Source: a virus. From it: a stretch of DNA of 38,709 nt. The notes under the pieces are model-generated. The model saw nothing but the letters and a program-made list of their open reading frames with translations, ran no database searches and was not told where the DNA came from. The DNA is taken from the UHGV virus genome UHGV-0262620; one strand, given 5' to 3'. Positions 26,211-37,832 of this stretch are shown piece by piece (positions within the stretch are counted from its first letter, which is position 1; each line of letters begins with the position of its first letter). The translations under genes and the position numbers were made by a program.

Positions 26211-27141
26211 AGAAACTGGAGTCGATAACCTTCTGTTCTACCATTTGACGGTAGGCAGCATCGCTACGGTAACGCGGGTCACTCATAGCTTTAATCATCT
26301 CAGCCTGATTCGTAAAGCCCTCTTTCTGGCGAGCTACAGGTTTAACCGGAGTAGCACGCTTGGTAACACTACGGTTGGCGGGCTTACCGAATTTCTTCGT
26401 GTAACTCTCACCAGCCAGATTGATAATTGCTTTGACAGTCGCCAAGTCTCGGTTCATCATGGCAGTCTCAAGGGACTCAGCCGCAGCCGGGTTGGTTGCT
26501 TCAAGGTGCGTATGGATTGCGCTAAAGCGTTCCTTACCACCAGCAAAGGCAACTACCTGATTGACGTACTGGTCTACAAGGGCTTCCTGACCGGAGATGT
26601 AGGAGTCCACAAAGGCACGGCTATATCCAGCAGCTTCGAGTTCCGCATAGGATTTCTCAGAGATGCCATCGGCTTCGTACTCTTCGTAGATGCGAGTCAC
26701 CGACTCTGCGCTCAGTCCACGCTCAACGGCCTGCTCGACCATCGCCTGAAAGCCTTCTTCGTGCTGTCCTAATTGTTCAGTCACTTGGCTCAGTTCTTCT
26801 GGAGTGTCACCCAGCGGCTCAAACTCAGCGGCCTCACCTTCTGTCTCCACCTCAGCGTTATCGCTACCAGTGTCGAACTCGGCTTCGTTACCATCTTCAC
26901 TGATACGAACCTGAATGCGGCCCTCATCGTCTTCACCATCAGCGAATGGGTCTTCACCAGCCGCATAAGGGTCATCGTCATGAGAACTCGGTTCCTCGCT
27001 AAGCACGATTGCATCATCGCCATCACGGGCAGCAACATCGAGACTCAGCATATTTTGTTCGTGTTCAGTAGGTGTACTTCCGGTCATTACCGCGTTGTTC
27101 ACACCGAAGGACGCATAAACGTCTGCATTAGATTCAGCCAT
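26209..27141 (-). CDS. 9: Scaffolding protein (gene 9)
   Basis: 310 aa and highly acidic, in the gp9 position. Confidence 0.9.
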   Translation of the reverse strand: MAESNADVYASFGVNNAVMTGSTPTEHEQNMLSLDVAARDGDDAIVLSEEPSSHDDDPYAAGEDPFADGEDDEGRIQVRISEDGNEAEFDTGSDNAEVETEGEAAEFEPLGDTPEELSQVTEQLGQHEEGFQAMVEQAVERGLSAESVTRIYEEYEADGISEKSYAELEAAGYSRAFVDSYISGQEALVDQYVNQVVAFAGGKERFSAIHTHLEATNPAAAESLETAMMNRDLATVKAIINLAGESYTKKFGKPANRSVTKRATPVKPVARQKEGFTNQAEMIKAMSDPRYRSDAAYRQMVEQKVIDSSF

Positions 27142-27217
27142 TGTTAAATCTCCTAAGTTGTTAAAGATAAAGGGAAACCAAAGGACTCCAACCTTTAGTC
27201 ATCGCTCATTTCAAAGA

Positions 27218-27242
27218 TGAGGTCTCCCTTTAGTGAGGGTTA
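27218..27242 (-). promoter_or_regulatory. T3-type promoter phi9 (variant gagggttatta)
   Basis: ggtctccctttagtgagggttattagg. Confidence 0.7.
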
Positions 27243-28850
27243 TTAGGTGGCGTCTAGGCCAGCCTGTGCTGCTGCATCCTGCATAGCTTCTGGACTTGAG
27301 GTCGCTAGAGCACCCACACCAGCCCCACCAGTGGCGGCAGCATTCTCGATGCCTGTTTGTGCTGCATCCTGCATCATAAGGGCTTGCTTCTGCTCGTCCG
27401 TCAGTAGGATACCAGAAGTATCAATACCAATGGCGTTAGCAATGCGCAGCTTAATGACAGCAAGGTTAATGTCCGGGTCTCCCTGCATAGGGGCCAGAGC
27501 AGCCCAAGCGGAGATACAGCGCTCCAGCTTATCGAGGTCTTGACCACGACCGATTGCTTCCAGACCTGTGCTGATAGTCGGCTCAACGGCTTCTTTCGGT
27601 AGCTCAGGAATCTGCGAGGTTGCTTGGAGTTGCTTCAAGAGCACACGAACCAGAGGCAATTGCAGTTCTTGAGACAGAATCGAATAGACGCCACCAAGCG
27701 TATCTTCCAGTTCTGACGCAACGTATCGAATCTCTTCGGCTGTCACACGTTCACCTGTGCGCTGTACCGCAGAGTTCAACATAAAGGCATACGATAAGCG
27801 TGCTTCTATCTGGTCACTCACAGCTTTCGCTACGGTAAAGTCAGCTTGCTTCTCCAGTTGCAGGAAGTCAATGTCTTCTCGACGACCCGGAACGAAGTCA
27901 CCAGTCTGAGCTTTGGTTAATCTGCGTGGCTGCGTAATGCCAGCCGGGTTCACCAGACCGATGACCTTCGCGCTAATCATGCTCATCTTAACGATAGCCT
28001 CTTGGAGATTCTCAAGAGACCTTAAGTCGCCTAAGTATTCTTCACAGTAGGAGCGACCGTAAGACTCGCCATCAATACGAACCATGCGAACCGGAATGTA
28101 GGGCATAGCGTCAGTCGGATAGGTGGCATCGGAGCCATCAATCTCAACGTCCTCTACTTCCTCGTACTTGAGGTAATCGCCGGACTCTTCATCGAGATAC
28201 ACATGGGTGTACACATCGACCATTTCGTCCATCTTCTTCTCACCACCAGCTTTCTCTACCGCAGACCGAACGTCTTCCGGGAGAGCACCAAAGGCTATCT
28301 GGTCACGAGTGACAATCTGTAACACATTGCCGTATGCGTCTCTTTGGACAACATAAGAAGACAATCGGTACAGCTTCATCGGATTGTAGCTACCTTCGGG
28401 TTCCGGTAAGTAAAGCAGTGCATTACCTGCCACGATCAACTGCTTGAGGCACTCAAAGAGCGTCACACGGTAGCTGTTGGATTCGATATAATTCATGATA
28501 ATGCGCTCAACCATAGACAGACCTTCGTCCACCTTAGCGAGTCCATCAGGGTCTCCAACAAGCTGCTTCGCCTCATACTCACTAATGGTCAGCTTCATCC
28601 ACGACTGCATCGGGAATAGTGCCAGCATTAATTTAGAGGCCAGATTGTTAAGACCCCGCGCACCTACAGCCTGCCACGGAGTCGTGTAGTCGGTAGATTC
28701 GTTATCGGACTCCTTCGGGAACAAGGACGGAATGGTGTATTGCGCACAGTTTTCCGCACGAGTCTCATAGGCTCTACGGTCGTTCGTTAGGCGGTCATAG
28801 GTAGCTTTAGCACCGTCTTCGCCCAATCCTGTACGTTTTGAATCAGCCAT
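27243..28850 (-). CDS. 8: Portal (head-tail connector) protein (gene 8)
   Basis: 535 aa (536 in T7). Confidence 0.95.
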   Translation of the reverse strand: MADSKRTGLGEDGAKATYDRLTNDRRAYETRAENCAQYTIPSLFPKESDNESTDYTTPWQAVGARGLNNLASKLMLALFPMQSWMKLTISEYEAKQLVGDPDGLAKVDEGLSMVERIIMNYIESNSYRVTLFECLKQLIVAGNALLYLPEPEGSYNPMKLYRLSSYVVQRDAYGNVLQIVTRDQIAFGALPEDVRSAVEKAGGEKKMDEMVDVYTHVYLDEESGDYLKYEEVEDVEIDGSDATYPTDAMPYIPVRMVRIDGESYGRSYCEEYLGDLRSLENLQEAIVKMSMISAKVIGLVNPAGITQPRRLTKAQTGDFVPGRREDIDFLQLEKQADFTVAKAVSDQIEARLSYAFMLNSAVQRTGERVTAEEIRYVASELEDTLGGVYSILSQELQLPLVRVLLKQLQATSQIPELPKEAVEPTISTGLEAIGRGQDLDKLERCISAWAALAPMQGDPDINLAVIKLRIANAIGIDTSGILLTDEQKQALMMQDAAQTGIENAAATGGAGVGALATSSPEAMQDAAAQAGLDAT

Positions 28851-28860
28851 TCAGTCCTCC

Positions 28861-29181
28861 TTAGATGTTGATGCCACCGCCGGAGCTACGGGCTACACTC
28901 AGAGACTTCTTACCGCCAGCGCGTGCTTTCTTACGTGCGCTTTCGGTTTGTGCCTCATCCTCACCCTCAGCCTTATCCTGTTCCGGTACATCTACAACCT
29001 GTGCTGGTGGCGGTGCAGTTACTACTGGTGCTGGAGCCTCTTGTTGCATAATCTCCTGCTTACCTGCACCCAGCGCGCCCCCAACGGCTTTACCGACTTC
29101 CTTACCAGCCTTCTCGATCGGTTTGCCAACTTCCTTAACTACCTTCTTAACGGCCTTCTTGATTTTCTTGAAGAATCCCAT
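28861..29181 (-). CDS. 7.3: gene 7.3 (tail/host-range assembly protein; Lys/Ala/Gly/Pro-rich)
   Basis: 106 aa low-complexity protein, in the position of T3 7.3. Confidence 0.7.
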   Translation of the reverse strand: MGFFKKIKKAVKKVVKEVGKPIEKAGKEVGKAVGGALGAGKQEIMQQEAPAPVVTAPPPAQVVDVPEQDKAEGEDEAQTESARKKARAGGKKSLSVARSSGGGINI

Positions 29182-29208
29182 GATGTTTCTCCCTATGCTA
29201 TGACTCAG

Positions 29209-29460
29209 TTACCCAAACGCCTTGGAGCGAATGGAGGATTTACTCGTGTTCTTGGCTGCGCTGTCATCCAGCTTTACCTTGAGACTGCTCTTACCGCTGC
29301 TCGGTGAGGTTGGCACCTCAGAGGAAGACACGCTGGTGTCCTCGTCATCATCGCCTCCCCATACCACAGACTTCGGAGGTTCAGTCAAAGGTGCTGGTTC
29401 AGCAGCGCGAATCTGGTTAGTGTCCATCTTAGGGACTTTCACCTTTGGTTTCCAGCACAT
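29209..29460 (-). CDS. 6.7: gene 6.7 (small virion protein)
   Basis: 83 aa. Position and size. Confidence 0.6.
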   Translation of the reverse strand: MCWKPKVKVPKMDTNQIRAAEPAPLTEPPKSVVWGGDDDEDTSVSSSEVPTSPSSGKSSLKVKLDDSAAKNTSKSSIRSKAFG

Positions 29461-29464
29461 ATAA

Positions 29465-29710
29465 TCACTCCTGTCTCAGTTGCTCTTTACGCACCTCAAT
29501 CTCATCAAGTGTTCGAGAGGCAAGGTACAGACCATGCATCACACCAGCAATGAAAGACTCAGAGTAACCCGCAGCGCGGAGCGCACGGTACTCCCCGGAC
29601 TCTATCACATAGGCCTGATTGAAGCGCACCTGTAGATACTCTTTGGCTGCACTAGGCACACTAGGAATATCATCGGGATGAGTTAAAACATGATTAATTG
29701 GTTGTAACAT
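29465..29710 (-). CDS. 6.5: gene 6.5
   Basis: 81 aa. Position and size. Confidence 0.6.
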   Translation of the reverse strand: MLQPINHVLTHPDDIPSVPSAAKEYLQVRFNQAYVIESGEYRALRAAGYSESFIAGVMHGLYLASRTLDEIEVRKEQLRQE

Positions 29711-29746
29711 AATTTCACCTCTTAAGGTTAAGTCTTAAAGTAATAA

Positions 29747-29809
29747 TCATAAAGGCTCCCTCTTCCCTTTAGTGAGGGTTAATGCAGAGAGCCTTGAGTT
29801 TATCGCTTA
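29747..29809 (-). promoter_or_regulatory. RNase III site R6.5 with the T3-type promoter phi6.5 embedded (29756-29783)
   Basis: atcataaaggctccctcttccctttagtgagggttaatgcagagagccttgagtttatcgctt. The promoter sits in the loop of the conserved hairpin. Confidence 0.7.
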
Positions 29810-29916
29810 ATCTCGGAGTCTCGCTTCACGTCTCGGACTATGAGAGCGAACATCCAGAGACCTCGCGCCAGCATACCTACCAGCACAGCGATGGTTATGT
29901 ACTTTGCGGCGTCCAT
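29800..29916 (-). CDS. 6.3: gene 6.3 (38 aa membrane peptide, [38 protein letters not shown])
   Basis: SD AAGGAG. Overlaps the gene 6 stop by 22 nt. T7 gp6.3 is 37 aa. Confidence 0.6.
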   Translation of the reverse strand: MDAAKYITIAVLVGMLARGLWMFALIVRDVKRDSEIKR

Positions 29917-30809
29917 AGGTAAATCTCCTTGTCAATGTAATTGTATTCCTCGAAGCGAAGAATGCGAGCCATCTGGCCTTGCTTGATGATTTCCTGCTCG
30001 GTCATACCAGCTTTGGCACCAATGGATTTAATGCAGTCCCACAGCGTCTCAGTCGCATCAGGAGCACGCTTCACCCACTTGGTTACTGTCTGCCCCTTGT
30101 TCTTACCAGACTTCAACACGGACTCTACAGGCTCCACAATGAACGGGTCATTCAGGAAACCTTCTGCCGTATCGCCCCAGCCGGGAATCCCGGAGTAGCC
30201 ATCAGTCATATCGCCCTTGATAGTCTGGAAGAGATGCCACCAATCAGCGGTCTCTTTGGTCTGCGTCAGGATGTTACCAGTGGTACACCACAGGAAGTCA
30301 ACGTCCGGGATAGTCTTGAAGTCCTTGTCACAGGAGACCAACACAGCCTTCTTGAAGCCGAAGACCTCGTGACCAGACCCAATGATGCCCATAACGTCAT
30401 CACCCTCCAGCATGTCCTCTTTGATGTGAATGAACTCATCGCGCTCCCACAGCTTCGACAGGAAGTCACGGTATCCTACAGGCTTACGGGTCGCCTTACG
30501 GTTCTCCTTATAGGTCTCATCAACCAGTACCTTACGCCAGTTCACATCGTCGGTATACGCCAGAACAACCATAGCGTCACTCCAAGCCTTCTTACGGGTT
30601 CGGTACGATTCGATTGCAGAATCGAGAATGCTCCGTGCCTTGGCGTGGTCACACTCAAGAGTCCAAATGTCGTCTCCCCAATCCGTCTCAACTTCGGCAG
30701 CAGCCATTGACTGATATACCAGCCAGTCACCGTCCATGACCAGCACTCCCTTCTCCATAGGCTTACCTTCGCGCATCTCCGCGAAGTCTTTCAATGTGAT
30801 TAGGCTCAT
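29895..30809 (-). CDS. 6: 5'-3' exonuclease (gene 6)
   Basis: 304 aa, in the position and of the size of the FEN-like gp6. Confidence 0.9.
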   Translation of the reverse strand: MSLITLKDFAEMREGKPMEKGVLVMDGDWLVYQSMAAAEVETDWGDDIWTLECDHAKARSILDSAIESYRTRKKAWSDAMVVLAYTDDVNWRKVLVDETYKENRKATRKPVGYRDFLSKLWERDEFIHIKEDMLEGDDVMGIIGSGHEVFGFKKAVLVSCDKDFKTIPDVDFLWCTTGNILTQTKETADWWHLFQTIKGDMTDGYSGIPGWGDTAEGFLNDPFIVEPVESVLKSGKNKGQTVTKWVKRAPDATETLWDCIKSIGAKAGMTEQEIIKQGQMARILRFEEYNYIDKEIYLWTPQST

Positions 30810-30985
30810 TCGTCATCCTCCCCGTAAACCATTTCGACTGCATCAGAGTATCCGTCCCAATTATCCACACCACACGCCTTAAGCGCATTCAGGAACTCTA
30901 GGTCTTTCTCCAGCTTATCAATGTACGCGCTAACATCGTTCCACGCATCACGGGTCATCGTTACGGTGTCACTCTTAGGCATAAT
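30806..30985 (-). CDS. 5.9: gene 5.9-like RecBCD inhibitor (acidic, about 59 aa)
   Basis: MIMPKSDTVTMTRDAWNDVSAYIDKLEKDLE aligns with T7 gp5.9 (IPRDVWNDIQGYIDSLE). The ORF-track start is extended. Confidence 0.7.
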   Translation of the reverse strand: MMPKSDTVTMTRDAWNDVSAYIDKLEKDLEFLNALKACGVDNWDGYSDAVEMVYGEDDE

Positions 30986-31194
30986 CATACGCAACCTCCC
31001 ATTCGTTTCAGGAAGCGCACACCAGAGGCTGTGACCTCCCATGCTCCACCATTGCGACCACCCACAGTCAAACAGCTAATGTGTCCACGAGAAGCAGCCT
31101 CAGCTACGAGAGCCGCATTGTTTCGCACATAGTTCGACTGAAAGGACTTAGGGCAACCTTTGATAGCTGCCAGAACTTTCAGGTATTCACTCAT
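30985..31194 (-). CDS. 5.7: gene 5.7
   Basis: 69 aa, the same length and position as T7 gp5.7. Confidence 0.7.
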   Translation of the reverse strand: MSEYLKVLAAIKGCPKSFQSNYVRNNAALVAEAASRGHISCLTVGGRNGGAWEVTASGVRFLKRMGGCV

Positions 31195-31487
31195 CGGATA
31201 ACCTCCACTTTCGCCGGGGCAACCTTGAGGATGAACTCATCGACTGAACGAGCACACTCTTTGCCAAGTTCTTCCTTGACGAACTCACGAAGACCCTGTT
31301 TCAACATCTGCTCAAAGGCACCCTCCGGCCCATTAGTCAGAGCAGCTACCAGAATGTTGTCGAAGTAAGGCCCACGCTTCGGGTTTTTCGCCATCTCTTT
31401 CAGCGTCTGCATGAACTCCGCCTCCTGCTCATCACTCATGGTTGCGGTCACGTTGAAAGTTACTTTGAGTTGTTTGTTCATACCCAT
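31191..31487 (-). CDS. 5.5: gene 5.5 (H-NS-binding protein family)
   Basis: 98 aa (99 in T7). SD AGGAGA. Lies immediately after the gene 5 stop. Confidence 0.7.
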   Translation of the reverse strand: MGMNKQLKVTFNVTATMSDEQEAEFMQTLKEMAKNPKRGPYFDNILVAALTNGPEGAFEQMLKQGLREFVKEELGKECARSVDEFILKVAPAKVEVIR

Positions 31488-31503
31488 AATGTTTCTCCTA
31501 CTG

Positions 31504-33618
31504 TTAGTGGCAGACAGCCCAATTCGGCCCCATCTTACCTTCGGTATCTAAACGACAACGGAAAGCCCAATGCTCTCCGACCCAACGCATAGCCTCCTGC
31601 GCGGTGTCAATAACAATCTGAGCGATGTGCTCTGTGCGGCAAGCTACCTGAATTTCATCATGTACCCAAGCCATGTACGCAAAGTCACCATCCCAGCCGT
31701 GCTTCAAGCCTTTCTCAATGAGCATCTCTTCGGTCTTGATAATCCACAGCTTACAAATCAGAGCACCAGCAGACTGCAACAATGTGTTGAGCGCTGCGTG
31801 TGGAGACCTGACGTGAACCTTGCGACCATCCAGACCCTTAATCCAACGGCGTTTCCACTGTACTTTCTGCTCACCACCAATCCAAGCGGAAGACTTAACG
31901 AGAGATTGTTGGATAGCCTCTCGTAGCGCTGCAATCGCCGGGGTGTTCTCTAAGAATTTCTTCTTGAGTTCCTTCCCGCGCTCCTTCCCTGCCCCAACAA
32001 TCTGACCAATCTTCTCATCTCCTGCTCCGTAAAGGAACCCGTAAATGAATGTCTTGGCGTTGTCGCGCGTTGGGAGTTCCGCAGCGTTCTGGTTCTTGGT
32101 GTGAATGTCACCGTTGAGAATCTCATTCGCATACTCTCCGTTATCGAAACGAGCCATGAAGTGTGCCAGACAGCGCAACTCTAAGCCACTGGCGTCTATC
32201 CCCGCTTGCACCCACGGCTTGCCAGTAATCCCATCCAAATGATGTTCAGCACCAAAAGCGCTACGACACTGCTCCCCGTAAGGAGAACGAACGCCGGGTA
32301 CTTGTGCAAGGTTTGGGAAACTATGAGTAGCACGACCAGTAACTGCACCGTTAGGGTTAACGGCTCCATGAATCTTACCATCATCTTGAACATAACGTAA
32401 CCACGCTTTGTCACCTTCTGCCGCCTGACCGATACGCTTCTGTATCATCAGGTACTCTTTAATCAAGTCAATGCACGCCTGCTTCTCAGGGTCATCCACT
32501 CGTACATGCTCCAAGACCTCATCGTCCACCACAGGCGCACCCTTCTCGGTGAACTTCTCAGGAACCCATCCGGCCTCCTGTAGTTTCTTCTGAATGTGGT
32601 CACGGCTACTTGGCTTGAACGTAACGAACTCTACCGGAGTATACGGAGCACCCTCCATGTAATCCCTCGTGTCCAAGTCGCAAGGTTCAAGACCTTCGCG
32701 CTGTGCCTTATTACGAGGCTTCTTGTACACGCCACCCTGTTTCGGATAGACCACGCGAGGATAACTCGGCAGCGGCTTGCCTGTCCGTGGGTGCTTGAAG
32801 AGTTCCTTACCACCTTTCGGTTGATACCACGAGCCAAACGTTTCGGTTAACTTTCGCAGAAGTTCGGCGCGCTTAGCTGCCAGTTCTACATAAAGTTCCT
32901 CAATGGCCTGTGTGTTGAACGGGAAGCCGTTACGCTCCTGCTTCGCTAACAGCCACGCTGCACGATGTTCAATATCCACAGACTCGCCAACTTCACGCCA
33001 GAATAAATCCGCATCGTACTTCGTGAAGTCCATACCCGCAGGGAAGTAGTGGAGGTCTGTAAGGAATTTCTCTAAGAGCTTGACAGTGACCACAACGTCT
33101 TGAACGTTATACGCCATCATCGGCTCGTTGAATGAAACCCACTCGGCACCTTCAACATACTCTTCGCCCTGCTCTTCTAGCATAGCCTTGAAGTCGTCCT
33201 TGTATTCACCTTTCATCTCGCCCAAGCGATAACCCCATGCCTCAAGAGCGTGAGACCCGAGGCGACGACCGGGTAGTTTCCCGGAACGAAGAAGCCCCAT
33301 GTCTGTGTCTTTAAGGTTCGCATGAAGTAAACGCGAGAGTACCAATGTGTCAATACAATTCTCACGTGGTAACTTGAAGTCACGATTGAGTTGCAGCTTT
33401 GCGAGTTTCTCTAAAGCCGGAACGTCATACTTGTGACCGTTATGGAAAACAATAAGCCCACCTCGCTTCACCTCGGCTTCCAGCGCATCCAGATACGCCC
33501 CGAAGTCGCCCGGACGATAACTATGATACTCACCATCACGGTAGTCATAGATAACGCCACAGTGAAACTTGGTGACTTTCTCTAAGAGGTTGTTGGCCTC
33601 AATGTCACTTACGAGCAT
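31504..33618 (-). CDS. 5: DNA polymerase (gene 5)
   Basis: 704 aa, exactly the T7 gp5 length. Pol I family exonuclease and polymerase motifs. Confidence 0.97.
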   Translation of the reverse strand: MLVSDIEANNLLEKVTKFHCGVIYDYRDGEYHSYRPGDFGAYLDALEAEVKRGGLIVFHNGHKYDVPALEKLAKLQLNRDFKLPRENCIDTLVLSRLLHANLKDTDMGLLRSGKLPGRRLGSHALEAWGYRLGEMKGEYKDDFKAMLEEQGEEYVEGAEWVSFNEPMMAYNVQDVVVTVKLLEKFLTDLHYFPAGMDFTKYDADLFWREVGESVDIEHRAAWLLAKQERNGFPFNTQAIEELYVELAAKRAELLRKLTETFGSWYQPKGGKELFKHPRTGKPLPSYPRVVYPKQGGVYKKPRNKAQREGLEPCDLDTRDYMEGAPYTPVEFVTFKPSSRDHIQKKLQEAGWVPEKFTEKGAPVVDDEVLEHVRVDDPEKQACIDLIKEYLMIQKRIGQAAEGDKAWLRYVQDDGKIHGAVNPNGAVTGRATHSFPNLAQVPGVRSPYGEQCRSAFGAEHHLDGITGKPWVQAGIDASGLELRCLAHFMARFDNGEYANEILNGDIHTKNQNAAELPTRDNAKTFIYGFLYGAGDEKIGQIVGAGKERGKELKKKFLENTPAIAALREAIQQSLVKSSAWIGGEQKVQWKRRWIKGLDGRKVHVRSPHAALNTLLQSAGALICKLWIIKTEEMLIEKGLKHGWDGDFAYMAWVHDEIQVACRTEHIAQIVIDTAQEAMRWVGEHWAFRCRLDTEGKMGPNWAVCH

Positions 33619-33650
33619 AATGCCCTCCTTTGGTTTCGTGCTAAATGATA

Positions 33651-33690
33651 ATCATAAAGGCCACCCTTGGGCGACCTTGAGTTTATCACT
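33651..33690 (-). promoter_or_regulatory. RNase III site R4.7-like
   Basis: atcataaaggccacccttgggcgaccttgagtttatcactt. Forms AAGGUCGCC/GGUGGCCUU with wobble pairs. Confidence 0.65.
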
Positions 33691-33970
33691 TCTCGATAAT
33701 CTCCTGCATACCAGCGCCGAACTCTACCAGACGCTCACGGTTATCGCCGACCACCTTGTCAGCAGCCATAGTCAGGGCACCCATAAGGCGACCGACCTGC
33801 TTGTCATCCAATGTCATTCGTTGAGTGTGTGCTTTCGGAGACTTGTGGTCTTTCCAGCGGTAGACCATCGTGACCTTCTCGCCACGTACATTGATGTGTA
33901 CTCGGCGGGAGAACTGGTCGGCGGTGTCTGGAAGACGGATGGTGTTTGCGTGAGTGATTAACTTGCTCAT
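33686..33970 (-). CDS. 4.5: gene 4.5
   Basis: 94 aa. Position. Confidence 0.6.
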   Translation of the reverse strand: MSKLITHANTIRLPDTADQFSRRVHINVRGEKVTMVYRWKDHKSPKAHTQRMTLDDKQVGRLMGALTMAADKVVGDNRERLVEFGAGMQEIIEK

Positions 33971-33982
33971 AGTGTTCGCTCC

Positions 33983-34195
33983 TTACTCAAAGAATTTGCT
34001 CATGGACTGTGCTTTGGCTGCAATCGCTGCCGACTTGTGGATGCCACTAACAGCCGCATCGGATTTCTCACGGGACTGTTTCGCCAACTCAATGGCTCGC
34101 TGTGAATCAGCTTTGGCCTTCTTGTCCAGCTTCTTGGCTTCGATGAAGTACAGTTTGACTACCAGCTTACCTAAAGCGTTAATGAATTTAAACAT
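33983..34195 (-). CDS. 4.3: gene 4.3
   Basis: 70 aa, as in T7 gp4.3. Confidence 0.65.
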   Translation of the reverse strand: MFKFINALGKLVVKLYFIEAKKLDKKAKADSQRAIELAKQSREKSDAAVSGIHKSAAIAAKAQSMSKFFE

Positions 34196-34213
34196 GATGT
34201 GTCTCCTATGGTT

Positions 34214-34240
34214 TGAGGTTGTTCCCGTTAGTGAGGGTTA
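34214..34240 (-). promoter_or_regulatory. T3-type promoter phi4.3
   Basis: ttgttcccgttagtgagggttaattag. Confidence 0.8.
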
Positions 34241-34241
34241 A

Positions 34242-36060
<1,819 letters not shown>

Positions 36061-36168
36061 TTATTCCTCGGTGTGTTCCTCCGCCTTGATTGGGTCTTTG
36101 CACTGACACTGACGTGACGGTACACGACTCTTCAACGGCTTATCACAGCGAATACAAATCATCCTCAT
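36061..36168 (-). CDS. Tiny Zn-ribbon-like protein (35 aa, MRMICIRCDKPLKSRVPSRQCQCKDPIKAEEHTEE), gene 3.7/3.8 position
   Basis: Open frame between gene 3.5 and gene 4. CxxC...CxC pattern. Confidence 0.4.
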   Translation of the reverse strand: MRMICIRCDKPLKSRVPSRQCQCKDPIKAEEHTEE

Positions 36169-36172
36169 GGTA

Positions 36173-36628
36173 TCACCCTCGGTCAGATGTAACCAGTTCG
36201 TTCTTCTCCCACCAGCGCTTCAAGTCGAAGGACGGGCAGGCTTTGGGTGCAACGTCATGGTGAGCACGAAGGACTGAACCATCATACTTCGCCAGCAGCG
36301 TGACCAGTAGACTACGCAGCGCTTGCATTTGCGCAGGTGTAAAGTTGGCGTCGAACTTGCCTTTATCATCAATCCCACCCACGAGGCATACGCCTACGGA
36401 GTTGTGGTTGTAACCTTTCACGTGGGAACCTACAGCCAGTTCATCGCGGCCCGCTTCCACAGTGCCATCACGCTTGATGATGAAGTGATATCCTACGTCT
36501 AACCAGCCCTGCTCTTTGTGCCACTGACGAATCTCACGAACGCCAATGTTCTGGCTTGGCTTGGTTGCTGAGCAATGCACAAAGATTGCCTCCGTGGTTT
36601 CTCGTGGTTTGAATTGAACTTTAGCCAT
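36173..36628 (-). CDS. 3.5: Lysozyme / N-acetylmuramoyl-L-alanine amidase (gene 3.5), RNAP inhibitor
   Basis: 151 aa, identical in length to T7 lysozyme. MAKVQFKPRETTEAIFVHCSATKP... Confidence 0.95.
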   Translation of the reverse strand: MAKVQFKPRETTEAIFVHCSATKPSQNIGVREIRQWHKEQGWLDVGYHFIIKRDGTVEAGRDELAVGSHVKGYNHNSVGVCLVGGIDDKGKFDANFTPAQMQALRSLLVTLLAKYDGSVLRAHHDVAPKACPSFDLKRWWEKNELVTSDRG

Positions 36629-37082
36629 TTTTCTTTACTCCTTTCTTAGTCTTAAATTTATCGAACGGAACCTCCTTCTTGGGTTCTTTGAGCCACTCCA
36701 CCGGAATTAGCTTGTCAGCAAACAGAATGCCATGCTTCTCACACCACTCGGCGTAGCTTGTTGGGCTACCTTTGTAGAGCTTTGAGCGGCTGCTTGAGAA
36801 GACCAAGCGAATATCCAGTTCAGGGTGTTGCTCACGAATCAAAAGGTGTTTCTTGCGGTCATCGGAATCCCACAGCCCTTTGGTCTCAATGAAGATGCCA
36901 TTAGGTAGCAGGAAGTCTGGAGTGTATAAGTGGTCACTCGCAGGGATGACGTAAGGGATACGCCAAAGTTCATAGTCGAACTTAATTCCCTTACTCTCAA
37001 GCTGCTTTGAGACTTTATCTTCTAGGCCGGAGCGGAAAGCCCCGACCTTGCGTACACCTCGCGCAGCGTATGCGCCAGCCAT
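36621..37082 (-). CDS. 3: Endonuclease I, Holliday-junction resolvase (gene 3)
   Basis: 153 aa, in the position and of the size of T7 endo I. PDFLLP...IETKG motif. Confidence 0.9.
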   Translation of the reverse strand: MAGAYAARGVRKVGAFRSGLEDKVSKQLESKGIKFDYELWRIPYVIPASDHLYTPDFLLPNGIFIETKGLWDSDDRKKHLLIREQHPELDIRLVFSSSRSKLYKGSPTSYAEWCEKHGILFADKLIPVEWLKEPKKEVPFDKFKTKKGVKKNG

Positions 37083-37780
37083 TAGAAGTCCTCGTCGTCA
37101 TCCGGGGTTTCTTCGTGCTCGTCTTCCTGCCACTCCTGCTCATCGCGGGACTGACGGGATTCACTCGCAGTGTAACCACCATCTTCGACTTCATCGGCCC
37201 ACTCATCTTCACCGCCACCACCGAAGGTAGCCAGTTCGACCAGCATCACGGACTCCAGTTGCAACTTGACGCTTGCGCCCACAGCTGTGTTCCACTTGTA
37301 AGGCACCAGAGAGTATTTCACTTTCAGCTTGGAGCCGCCACCGATAATCGGCACTTCCTGAATCTTCTTACCTTTGCTATCGACCACGACAAGATTGATG
37401 TGCTTGGTCTCTTTGGTCTTCTTATCTTGGAAAGACGCATAGCATTTGAACTTGAAGGTAGTCGTACCGTCACCGTTATCGAAGAATGGCATGTCGCCCT
37501 CGTAAGGTTTCAGCGGTTTCTTACCACGCTGTGCCTGCGGCGGGTTAGCTTCGAACTCTTCCACGGCAGCAGCATAAGCCTCTTCGTGAGTCTTCACGAT
37601 TTCATCGACCATCGCCTGACAGCGCGGGTCTTTATTGGAAAGAGTCAGGTCTACCTTATAGATACCACGAGGGTTGCCGAAGCCACGCTCTTCGTTGCCA
37701 TAATCCGGCTTACTCAGGTAAGCATAAGGCTCAGCAGTGCCAAGACCAGAGGTGTAGATTTTCTTCTTGAAACCAGCCAT
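37082..37780 (-). CDS. 2.5: ssDNA-binding protein (gene 2.5)
   Basis: 232 aa exactly as T7 gp2.5. Acidic C-terminal tail DDDEDF. Confidence 0.95.
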   Translation of the reverse strand: MAGFKKKIYTSGLGTAEPYAYLSKPDYGNEERGFGNPRGIYKVDLTLSNKDPRCQAMVDEIVKTHEEAYAAAVEEFEANPPQAQRGKKPLKPYEGDMPFFDNGDGTTTFKFKCYASFQDKKTKETKHINLVVVDSKGKKIQEVPIIGGGSKLKVKYSLVPYKWNTAVGASVKLQLESVMLVELATFGGGGEDEWADEVEDGGYTASESRQSRDEQEWQEDEHEETPDDDEDF

Positions 37781-37801
37781 AATGTTTCTCCTTTGTGGTT
37801 A

Positions 37802-37825
37802 ATGATTGGGTTGTTCCCTTTAGTG
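37802..37825 (-). promoter_or_regulatory. T3-type promoter phi2.5 (variant gagggtaatt)
   Basis: gttccctttagtgagggtaattagg. Confidence 0.65.
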
Positions 37826-37832
37826 AGGGTAA

